DNA of 64,000 nt from a virus. Lineage: Duplodnaviria; Caudoviricetes. Every line of letters begins with the position of its first letter. Within the stretch, counting starts at the first letter, position 1. Position numbers and translations under genes: made by a program. The stretch lies in the IMG/VR virus record IMGVR_UViG_2540341035_000003, positions 1,940 to 65,939 of that record; one strand, written 5' to 3'. Below the pieces are notes generated by a model. That model saw only the letters and a list, made by a program, of their open reading frames with translations, made no database searches and was not told the origin of the DNA. Of the stretch, positions 56,705-64,000 are shown in pieces.

Positions 56705-57823
56705 ATGCGCCTCTTCGTTCGCGCCCTGATCTGCTGCGCGCTGTCGCTCGCGGCATCGCCTGTGTTCGCGCAGGGCTCGGCACCTCGACTCTCCAGCCCG
56801 CAGTACAAGGCTGTGAAGTCCGGTTCTCTTCAGGCCGGGCAGCTCAACGTCCTGCCGGACGACGCCGATTTGGTCAGCCAGCAGGTCTACACCGAGGGGG
56901 CGGAGACGCGCTTCCGGGGACGGCAGTGGACGACCCGGATCGCTCCGAATGGGCCGCGATCGAACTACGCCTTTATCGGCGACAACATGGTGCTGATCGA
57001 CCCGGGATCTCAGCGCAACGGCCCCAACACTGCGGGCTACGCCAAGAACATCTCGGTGCTGAAGAAGGGCTTTCCCTCGCAGAGCGCCACCTCGGGCGAG
57101 ATCGACGGCATCCTGCTCAACTTACGTCAGGCCGGCCCGACCCCGAAGACCGACGCCGATGCCTCGGACGCCAACGCGATCCAAGGCAACGCGCAGGTCG
57201 CCGGTGATCCGGGCTTCCTGTCGTTCGGTGAGATGCAGATCTCGCGCATCGAGCCAACAGCGCCCTACACGACCACGCATTCCATTCGCCTGCAGCTCGG
57301 TGCGATCGACCCGTTCGGCAAGAACCTCGAGCTTGGGGCGACCGACCGGTACTACAACGGCGTGCACCGCCTAACCTTTGGCTACGGCGCCATCTCAGAT
57401 GTCGGCGCCAACGACCGCGCTTTCTACGCCGTCGATAACACGAGCCCCTGGTCGACCTACTTTTACGCTGGCCATCCAGGCAATCCGGCTGTGCGGCTGA
57501 TGGGCAATTCAGGCGCCATCCGCTGGGGACCGGACGATTCGTCCTGGACCATCCAGAGAGGCGGTGGCGGCAGCCTGAATTTCTACAGCGCCGGCGACAT
57601 CCTCCAAGGGCAGATCAACGCGGACGGAACGACCTACTGGCCGGCAATCACCACAAACACAGTCGTCGTAGCCGGATCGCCGATGCTCACCCCTCGAAAG
57701 ACAGTGATCTATCCTCCACTGACCTCGTTTCCGGCCTCTCCTGTTGAGGGCGAGACGATCTACAGCCAGCAAAACCGCAAAGTCTACACATGGGACGGCA
57801 CCAACTGGCAGGCCCACTGGTGA
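56705..57823 (+). CDS. Signal-peptide-bearing fibre-like protein 1
   Basis: MRLFVRALICCALSLAASPVFA|Q; Gly/Asn/Ser beta-rich body; C-terminal FPASP..G..YTWDGTNW. Confidence 0.7.
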   Translation: MRLFVRALICCALSLAASPVFAQGSAPRLSSPQYKAVKSGSLQAGQLNVLPDDADLVSQQVYTEGAETRFRGRQWTTRIAPNGPRSNYAFIGDNMVLIDPGSQRNGPNTAGYAKNISVLKKGFPSQSATSGEIDGILLNLRQAGPTPKTDADASDANAIQGNAQVAGDPGFLSFGEMQISRIEPTAPYTTTHSIRLQLGAIDPFGKNLELGATDRYYNGVHRLTFGYGAISDVGANDRAFYAVDNTSPWSTYFYAGHPGNPAVRLMGNSGAIRWGPDDSSWTIQRGGGGSLNFYSAGDILQGQINADGTTYWPAITTNTVVVAGSPMLTPRKTVIYPPLTSFPASPVEGETIYSQQNRKVYTWDGTNWQAHW

Positions 57824-57865
57824 TCGATCGCGCCTGAGCAGCCCGCGCCAGAACAAGAGGCCACC

Positions 57866-58684
57866 ATGCAACCTTTGTTTCTTCCGCTTTCCCTCGTCGC
57901 CGGAGACAGCTTCGACATTGCAATTCGGCTCTTTGTCGACCAATCCGGCAACAGAGTGCCGCCTCAGATTGCAGACGGCGAAGCGTTTGTCCTGACGATT
58001 GACTACGGCTCGGGACGCATCGTCGCCACCACCTCCAGCATCCGCGATGATCGGCTGATCCTGTTGACGGTCGGCGGGCAAGTGAGCCTGGCGCGCCAGC
58101 TAACGCCCGGCGAAACGGCGCGCCTCCTCGGCAAGTCTGTCACGTGGTCTCTTGCGAGGATCCCCGCCCCAAAGGTTCGGCGTACCTACCTTGCCGGTCC
58201 TGTCGGGGTTATCGGCCCGGGAGTGGGCGGCCGGGGCGACGCGCTCTTCGATCTCATCATCGACGACAAGGACATCGTCGTCGAGATCGGGTTGCCGGAC
58301 GTCAACTCCTACATCGATGGCCGCGAGGCCGTCATTCGCTCCGACATCACGCTAGAGATAGCATCTGATATCGCCGCGGCGCACACCGCCATATCCCAGG
58401 AGATCGCGGACAAAATCGCCGTGCGCGAGGCTGCAATTCACGCGGCCGTTACGCAAGAGATCTCCAGCAAACTGGATGCCCGAGATCAGGCGATCCGGTC
58501 CGACGTCGCGGGCGCCATCGCGACCAAACTCGACGGTGCTTTCGCCGTCTTCAACGACACGCCCGCCGCGCTCGCTGGTATCCCCAACGGCTGGTCACGA
58601 ACCGCGCGGGTGGGCGGCAAGCTGTCTGTCTACGCCAACGTCTCGGGCTCGTTGGTCGATCTCCTGAAACCCGCCGAATACTGA
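57866..58684 (+). CDS. BppU-like tail adaptor 2
   Basis: GAGG SD; AGDSFDIAIRL..G..LTPGETARL..TYLAGPV, then a helical region and IPNGW..YANVSG. Confidence 0.55.
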   Translation: MQPLFLPLSLVAGDSFDIAIRLFVDQSGNRVPPQIADGEAFVLTIDYGSGRIVATTSSIRDDRLILLTVGGQVSLARQLTPGETARLLGKSVTWSLARIPAPKVRRTYLAGPVGVIGPGVGGRGDALFDLIIDDKDIVVEIGLPDVNSYIDGREAVIRSDITLEIASDIAAAHTAISQEIADKIAVREAAIHAAVTQEISSKLDARDQAIRSDVAGAIATKLDGAFAVFNDTPAALAGIPNGWSRTARVGGKLSVYANVSGSLVDLLKPAEY

Positions 58685-58691
58685 GGGCCCC

Positions 58692-60371
58692 ATGTTTCGT
58701 CTCCGCTCTCTCGCGCTCGTCGCGGCCTTGGCGCTTGCCCCTCCGGCCTTCGCGCTCGACGCCATCCAGTCCACGACAGTACCCGGCCGTGCGCCGACGG
58801 CCTTGTGCACCAGCAGCCCGGCCGGCATCGCAATCAACCGCGCTGATGGCACCCTGTCGTTCTGTGATCCTTCCGCGGGCGTTCAGACCGCGCCGCTCCC
58901 GCAGATCGACACCAGCGGGAACGTAAGGCTCCGTGGCGGACCGCGCTTCGGCTCCTACCAGAACGGCAAGTTCACGTCCCAGCCCGACGCCGTGGAAACC
59001 GGCAGCGTGCTCTCATCCGGCGTAAGCTCCCTCGACACCACCTTTGCCGGTACGGTCAACCCGAACGCACTCATGCTTCGGCCGGGCAATTCAGTCTCGT
59101 TCTGCCCGCTGCTGTCGTGTATTCAGGGGCCCACAGGAGGAGCGTCCAACAGCGCTTTCTGGGACCACCAGCGCGCCACGTTGCTGATCTCTGCCCAAAC
59201 GCGCGATGACGCGCACTCCGAGGAACAGACGCTCGCGACCATCACGACGGTCGGCACCAAGCAGATCAAGCCCTACGCTTCGTCCACCGCCTACGCGCTC
59301 GGCGACAACATCGCGATTGGAAACGCAGTCTATCGCGCGACTGCGGCTGGCACGACTGGGACCGCTTCTGCTCCGCCCGGTACGCGGCCCGCAAGCGCCC
59401 CCTTCACGGCCACCGACGGCAGCGTGACGTGGACTTGGATCAACGATGCCTCGATCTCCGGCAGTCTGGGCCATTACAATGAGGTGACGGCGATCCCTGG
59501 TGCCGGCTCGGTCTGGGCTGGTGTCGATAACCTTCAGCTTCAACCCGGCGTGATCCCGAGCTTCAACGTTGGGCGCGAGATCGACCTGACGAACAACAGC
59601 GGCAGTGATTGCGCGATTGGGGTCGCCAACTGCAAGGGGCTCTACGTCGCGATCAATGGGACGAATAAATCGACAACCGGTATCGCGGTCTCTTCGAGCA
59701 ACACTGCGAATTTTGCCAGTCTCTGGGGCATACAGGTCGCCGGCAACAAGCTGGCATCGGAAGCCGACATCGACGTCGAAGGCGGCGCTAAGGTCGGGCT
59801 CGGTTTCAACACGGCCGGCATCGGTGCAGGCGCGCACAGCGAGGCAACGATACGGGATCGTTCGACCAGTCCGACGAGCATCGATATCGGCGGATCGCAC
59901 ACAGCGGCGATCACGACGAACAATGCCGCCACAGGCTACGCGCTTGTTGCTGGTTCTGGGCAGAAGGTGTGCCTGAACGCCCTAGACGATTGCTGGGCAT
60001 ATAGCGGGACCGCTGGCGCCGCTCAGTTTCTAAAGGGCGGCAATCCGGTTTTCAGTGTTACCGATGCGGGCGACATCTCGCAGAAGGGGCATGTCGGATC
60101 CACTGGCGCAACGGTCACGGTCTCCTCGTGCGGCACCTCTCCGACGGTTAAGGCGGGATCGAATGACAATTATGGCACCATCGTTGAGGGCACTTCCGCG
60201 ACGGGGTGCAACATCAATTTTGCCGTAGCCCGGGCGACCGCGCCGCACTGCATTGTATCGCCGAACAACGGCACAGGGACGACACTGGTCGTTACCAGCA
60301 CGACTGCTCTCTCCTGGACCAATACTTCGGCGAGCAATCTTGGCTTCACTTATGCCTGCTATGGGACCTGA
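58692..60371 (+). CDS. Signal-peptide-bearing Cys-paired fibre/adhesin-like protein 2
   Basis: GAGGG SD; MFRLRSLALVAALALAPPAFA|L; 12 Cys in the mature chain; CBM5/12-like YASSTAYALGD..YRA..GTTG..DGSVTW. Confidence 0.75.
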   Translation: MFRLRSLALVAALALAPPAFALDAIQSTTVPGRAPTALCTSSPAGIAINRADGTLSFCDPSAGVQTAPLPQIDTSGNVRLRGGPRFGSYQNGKFTSQPDAVETGSVLSSGVSSLDTTFAGTVNPNALMLRPGNSVSFCPLLSCIQGPTGGASNSAFWDHQRATLLISAQTRDDAHSEEQTLATITTVGTKQIKPYASSTAYALGDNIAIGNAVYRATAAGTTGTASAPPGTRPASAPFTATDGSVTWTWINDASISGSLGHYNEVTAIPGAGSVWAGVDNLQLQPGVIPSFNVGREIDLTNNSGSDCAIGVANCKGLYVAINGTNKSTTGIAVSSSNTANFASLWGIQVAGNKLASEADIDVEGGAKVGLGFNTAGIGAGAHSEATIRDRSTSPTSIDIGGSHTAAITTNNAATGYALVAGSGQKVCLNALDDCWAYSGTAGAAQFLKGGNPVFSVTDAGDISQKGHVGSTGATVTVSSCGTSPTVKAGSNDNYGTIVEGTSATGCNINFAVARATAPHCIVSPNNGTGTTLVVTSTTALSWTNTSASNLGFTYACYGT

Positions 60372-60436
60372 TAGACTTTCAATCGGGACCGAGGCCGGCT
60401 GACCGGTTTCACCACCCCTGACATCGTGAGGACGAC

Positions 60437-61216
60437 ATGACCGACACCGCGAGCGCGGTGGCGCTCCGCCGGCTGCGCGAGAGCGCCTTCAAGGGCGCCG
60501 CCAAGCGGCTGGCCGACGAGGATCTGCCGCGTCTGGGCCACGGTATCGGCTGCGGCGAGGACGAGCTGCACGCCTTTCTCGATGTGGAGACGTCCGGTGG
60601 CGGCTTCGACAGCAAGGGCCGGCCGAAGGCTCTCTACGAGCCGCACCGGGCCTACGCGCTGTCCCAGGGCGCCGTGCGCGCCGAACTGGTAAAGCTCGGG
60701 ATCGCCTATCCGAAATGGGGGACGAAGCCGTACCCTTCGGACAGCTACCCCCGCATCGTCCAGGCGCTGGCGATCGACCCGCGGGTGGCGCTCGAGGCGA
60801 CGTCCTGGGGTCTGGGCCAGATCATGGGATCGAACCACGTAGAGGCCGGTTACGAGAGCGCGGCCGAGATGGTGGCGGCCTTCCTCGACAGCGAGGAGTC
60901 ACAGCTCGCCGCGGCGGTCGCCTTCATCCGAGCCAACCACCTCGATGATGAGCTGCGGGGGCACAACTGGGCCGCCTTCAGCCGCGGCTACAACGGGCCG
61001 GCCTACGCCTCGCATGGCTACCACACCAAGCTGGCAGCCCGGTTCGCCTTCTGGCGCAAGATTCCGGACACGCCCTGGAAGCCGCCGGCGCCCGCCATCG
61101 CGGCCGTGCTCGCCGCTCCGGTGGTCGACGAGAAGAAGGCTGTCGCCGTGCTGAAGCGGACGACCTCAGTGAAGCCGAGACCCGCACCGAAGCGCGCGGC
61201 CCGCCGGCGCGCCTGA
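60437..61216 (+). CDS. Endolysin, N-acetylmuramidase (DUF3380) family
   Basis: VETSGGGF..RPKALYEPH, ATSWGLGQIMG.NH, W..F.RGYNGP.Y. Confidence 0.92.
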   Translation: MTDTASAVALRRLRESAFKGAAKRLADEDLPRLGHGIGCGEDELHAFLDVETSGGGFDSKGRPKALYEPHRAYALSQGAVRAELVKLGIAYPKWGTKPYPSDSYPRIVQALAIDPRVALEATSWGLGQIMGSNHVEAGYESAAEMVAAFLDSEESQLAAAVAFIRANHLDDELRGHNWAAFSRGYNGPAYASHGYHTKLAARFAFWRKIPDTPWKPPAPAIAAVLAAPVVDEKKAVAVLKRTTSVKPRPAPKRAARRRA

Positions 61217-61270
61217 CCCAACTCCCTCGGATTCCGAGGCAGTTCGACCCGAGCCGGCCGGGCCTGCAGC

Positions 61271-61435
61271 TCACTCCAACGTGTCGGCGATCCTGATCAG
61301 TTCGGCGCTTTCCTCCGCCGTGATCGTCTCGTCCCCGTCGGTCGCCTGGGGCAGCTTCTCGATGAAGGTCGTCCCTTCGCAGTCGAGCACATGCTGCATG
61401 TAGCGCTTAAGAAGCGCGGCGTAGTCGACGGCCAT
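61271..61435 (-). CDS. Antisense 54-aa protein inside the lysis cassette
   Basis: GGGAG SD; MAVDYAALLKRYMQHVLDCEGTTFIEKLPQATDGDETITAEESAELIRIADTLE; absent from the ORF track. Confidence 0.65.
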   Translation of the reverse strand: MAVDYAALLKRYMQHVLDCEGTTFIEKLPQATDGDETITAEESAELIRIADTLE

Positions 61436-61513
61436 TCATGGTCTCCCTTGAGCGAGGCCTACCGATTACCGAGCCGGCGGTTCCCGGCGCTTTCCTGAAA
61501 CGAGAGTCCCGAC

Positions 61514-62239
61514 ATGACCCGCGCACTCCCCGCGGCGCTGGCGCTCGCTTGCGTCTGCTCTCCCGCCATGGCCGCGCCCTTGGCCTTCGATCCCTTAGGC
61601 GCGGCAATGGATGCCGTGGCCGTCTTCATCGGCGGCATGCTGGCGCTGGTGCTGCTCTACGCGGCGATCCGCCCGCTCGGCCGGGCGATCGTCGACCTGT
61701 TCTCGCGCTTCGGGGTCGGCGCGGCCGCGATCACCGCGGTGGTGCTGCTCGGCTTCGCTGCGCACCCGGCGCTCGCCCAGGAGGCGGCGGCCCGGCCCGG
61801 CGTGACGCTGCCCTATGGAGACTGGATCGCGAGCTACGGGCCCGAGCTTTTCATGCTGCTGGTCACCTGGCTTGCGGGCGTGGTGTCTTGGGCCATCGGC
61901 AAGTTCGCGCCCTGGGCCGCCTCGGTGCTGACCCAGAAGCGGATCGAGATGGCCGCCGTCGCGCTCGCGCAGTACGGCGCCAAGGCGGTGGCCGACGCCA
62001 CGAAGGGCGGGAAGGTGACGGCGGACGCCGGGCCGGCCGTCATCGCGGCGGCCGTCCAGCGCGGCGTGAACGTCCTGCCGGCCCGGGTCGTGAAAGCCAT
62101 GGAGCAGGGCGGCGGCATGGCCTCGATCGTCTTCCGGGTGCTCGACCTCGAGGACGACGCGAACGAGCACAACGTCCTGCAGCCGGCCATCGCGTCGCTG
62201 AAGGCCTCCGCTGATCCGAAGATCGCGAAGGCGGCATGA
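61514..62239 (+). CDS. Holin-like multi-TM membrane protein
   Basis: Several hydrophobic segments; follows the endolysin. Confidence 0.6.
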   Translation: MTRALPAALALACVCSPAMAAPLAFDPLGAAMDAVAVFIGGMLALVLLYAAIRPLGRAIVDLFSRFGVGAAAITAVVLLGFAAHPALAQEAAARPGVTLPYGDWIASYGPELFMLLVTWLAGVVSWAIGKFAPWAASVLTQKRIEMAAVALAQYGAKAVADATKGGKVTADAGPAVIAAAVQRGVNVLPARVVKAMEQGGGMASIVFRVLDLEDDANEHNVLQPAIASLKASADPKIAKAA

Positions 62240-62472
62240 TCACGCTTCCGTTTTGGGCGACCGCGCTCATCAGCTTCGGCGTGAAGCTGGTGACGCAGTG
62301 GCTCGCGAACCTGCGCGCCGAGGCCGCCCTGCGCGATCTCGGCGCTGCCACGCAGGCCAATGTCTCGACAGCGGCCGCCGAGGCTGCTGAGGCCCGGGCG
62401 CGCGCGGCGGCGGACGCCTCTGCGGACGGCGAAGACGATCCTCGCGACCTGCTCCCGGAGGCACGCCCGTGA
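62236..62472 (+). CDS. Rz/i-spanin-like protein
   Basis: N-terminal TM followed by an Ala-rich coiled coil. Confidence 0.45.
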   Translation: MITLPFWATALISFGVKLVTQWLANLRAEAALRDLGAATQANVSTAAAEAAEARARAAADASADGEDDPRDLLPEARP

Positions 62473-62810
62473 TCCTCGACCCGCTCCTGTGGATGCTAAT
62501 CGGACACGCTGTGGCGGACTATCCGCTTCAGGGCGACTGGCTGAGCAAGGCGAAGAACCAGGCGCTCAATCTCGTCCCTGGCGAGGCGATCTGGCCCGGA
62601 GCTCTCCTATCCCACGCGGCGATCCACGCCGGAGCCATCCGCCTCGCCACCGGATCATGGGCGCTCGCCGCCTGTGAGTTCGTTGCCCACGCCCTGATCG
62701 ACTACGCAAAGTGCGCGGGCCGCCTCTCTTACAACGTCGACCAGGTGCTGCACGTCGTGTGCAAGCTGCTCTGGTTCGGCGCCCTCATCATGCTGGGGCC
62801 GCTTCCATGA
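62469..62810 (+). CDS. DUF3307 family membrane protein
   Basis: GHAVADYPLQ..K, H..IH, HALID..K, DQVLH. Confidence 0.85.
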   Translation: MILDPLLWMLIGHAVADYPLQGDWLSKAKNQALNLVPGEAIWPGALLSHAAIHAGAIRLATGSWALAACEFVAHALIDYAKCAGRLSYNVDQVLHVVCKLLWFGALIMLGPLP

Positions 62811-63004
62811 CCTGCATCGGCTTCGCCCTTGGGCTGACGATCCTGCACTGCGACCCGGGACCCGCGCCGGCGACCTCTGCAGCCCGGTTCTGCCAAGTCA
62901 TGTCCTCGCCCGTGCAGTACGCGCGCACGGACGATGCGCGAACCCGGCGGCGGCTGCGCTCGCTCAATGCGGCCTGGCGAGCAACCTGCGGAGGGAGCTC
63001 CTGA
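62807..63004 (+). CDS. Rz1/o-spanin-like small protein
   Basis: FC..P..DD..T..L..NAAW..C pattern; lipobox atypical (ILHC). Confidence 0.45.
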   Translation: MTCIGFALGLTILHCDPGPAPATSAARFCQVMSSPVQYARTDDARTRRRLRSLNAAWRATCGGSS

Positions 63005-63513
63005 TGCCGCAATCCAGGAAGCCGCTGATGGCGGCGCACCCGGCCGGTCCGTACAGCACCTATCGCCTGTTCGAGTGGTGCATGGCGACGATGATGATCC
63101 TGATCGCCGTCACACTCGCGATGCCCGGTGACACGATGGAGCGCGCGGCGCTGCGCCCGATCGCCGAGATGGGCGCCACCGAGGAGAACATGGCCCTGTT
63201 CTTCGGCGCCGTCGGCGTCCTGCGGGTCATGGCCCTCTACCTGAACGGCCACATCAACAACATCGTGGTCGGCCCGAAGGGGGCCTACATCCGGGCAGTC
63301 GGCGCGGCTGCCGGCTGCTTCATCATGGGGCAACTCACGGGCGCGCTCGTGTTCGACGCCTTCAAGGCCGACGCGCCCAGCTTCGTCATCCCGGTGTTCG
63401 GCACACTGGCCGGGTTCGAGGCGCTATCCGTCTACATCGCCGCGCTCGACGGGGTGTCCCGCAAGAGCCGAATAGGCAAGGCACTGGACCAGTTGGAGAG
63501 GGTCGTTGGTTGA
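63004..63513 (+). CDS. Four-TM phage membrane protein
   Basis: RLFEW and four hydrophobic segments; coupled. Confidence 0.65.
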   Translation: MPQSRKPLMAAHPAGPYSTYRLFEWCMATMMILIAVTLAMPGDTMERAALRPIAEMGATEENMALFFGAVGVLRVMALYLNGHINNIVVGPKGAYIRAVGAAAGCFIMGQLTGALVFDAFKADAPSFVIPVFGTLAGFEALSVYIAALDGVSRKSRIGKALDQLERVVG

Positions 63514-63899
63514 TGGATGCGTTTCTCACGTTCCTGGCCAACGTCGTCGCGACGCAGCAGTTCTTCCAGGTGTGCGTCGGCGGCTGCACGATGTGGCTGA
63601 TCGGCTGGATGGTGACCCGGGGGCGAAACGATAAGGACGTACTCCCCGCGCCGGCGGCCGGCACCATCGCAGACGTGCCGCCGATCCCGTTCTCACAGGG
63701 CCCCCGCGAGTTGATCGACATCATCCGCGAGCAGCGGGACATGGATCGCCGCCGCACGGAGGACAGCTCGCACATCCGGGAGTGCGTCAGGATCATCCGC
63801 GAGGAGACCAAGAAGCAGACCGAGATCCTGGACCAGATCCGGGATGATCAGCGGATAGAGCACCGGCTCAACGCCGACCGAATGCACCGGCACCCATGA
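63510..63899 (+). CDS. Membrane-anchored hypothetical protein (holin/antiholin-like)
   Basis: N-terminal TM and charged C-terminus; coupled. Confidence 0.6.
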   Translation: MMDAFLTFLANVVATQQFFQVCVGGCTMWLIGWMVTRGRNDKDVLPAPAAGTIADVPPIPFSQGPRELIDIIREQRDMDRRRTEDSSHIRECVRIIREETKKQTEILDQIRDDQRIEHRLNADRMHRHP

Positions 63900-64000
63900 A
63901 CTGCGCGCCGCCCGGCCAAGACCTCAGTCTCGTCTACGCCCTGATTGCGCTGCTGATCGGCATCATCGTCGGTTGGGCGGTGCCGAAGGATCCGCCGTAG
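63896..64000 (+). CDS. Small membrane peptide (34 aa)
   Basis: ATGA overlap; LVYALIALLIGIIVGWAV; TAG at 63998. Confidence 0.5.
   Translation: MNCAPPGQDLSLVYALIALLIGIIVGWAVPKDPP

Larger units (their letters stand above)
15983..64000. mobile_element. Temperate siphovirus prophage (HK97-type head, long non-contractile tail); extends past the right edge
   Basis: int/xis, cI/cro, replication, terminase, portal, protease, capsid, tail, tape measure and lysis genes in canonical order; no attR seen. Confidence 0.97.

Noticed and set aside
54627-60371. Invertible tail-fibre cassette driven by the serine recombinase
   Set aside because: No inverted repeats or opposite-strand fibre halves seen; the recombinase lies in a different element about 50 kb away
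15960-64000. attR copy of the tRNA-Lys 3' end
   Set aside because: Not seen in the window; the prophage continues past 64000, so completeness cannot be judged

Overview
GC-rich alphaproteobacterial chromosome (Methylobacterium-like by gene content and codon style; inference) with three parts. (1) 1-~12940: a lower-GC accessory island, cut by the left window edge. It carries a proteasome-beta-like Ntn hydrolase, Rha, a T-shaped AT-rich palindrome followed by a T7-terminal-repeat-like motif, a serine recombinase, two degenerate HNH-like paralogs, an orphan 863-aa protein resembling a podophage ejection protein, and an XRE-ImmA/IrrE plus partner (RosmerTA-like) pair. It ends in att-like signals beside tRNA-Ala(GGC). 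(2) 12944-15982: core genes tRNA-Ala, TIGR02300, aroA, cmk, tRNA-Lys(TTT). (3) 15983-64000: a lambdoid/HK97-type siphoprophage integrated at tRNA-Lys and running past the right edge (no attR seen). It has integrase/xis, an early-left recombination operon, a cI/cro switch with five TACGCA-N3-TGCGTA-type operators, a LexA-boxed gene converging on cI, adjacent MucR and GapR-like genes, RuvC, MT-A70, DnaB, an HNH-containing initiator, a NusG paralog, a non-canonical tRNA-Tyr, a full head/tail module with a G/GT -1 frameshift, and a lysis cassette. The most striking items are two tandem [tail adaptor + Sec-signal-peptide fibre-like protein] modules in the tail operon and the T7-like packaging-end signature in the left island. 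All family assignments come from motif recognition by eye; no searches were run.
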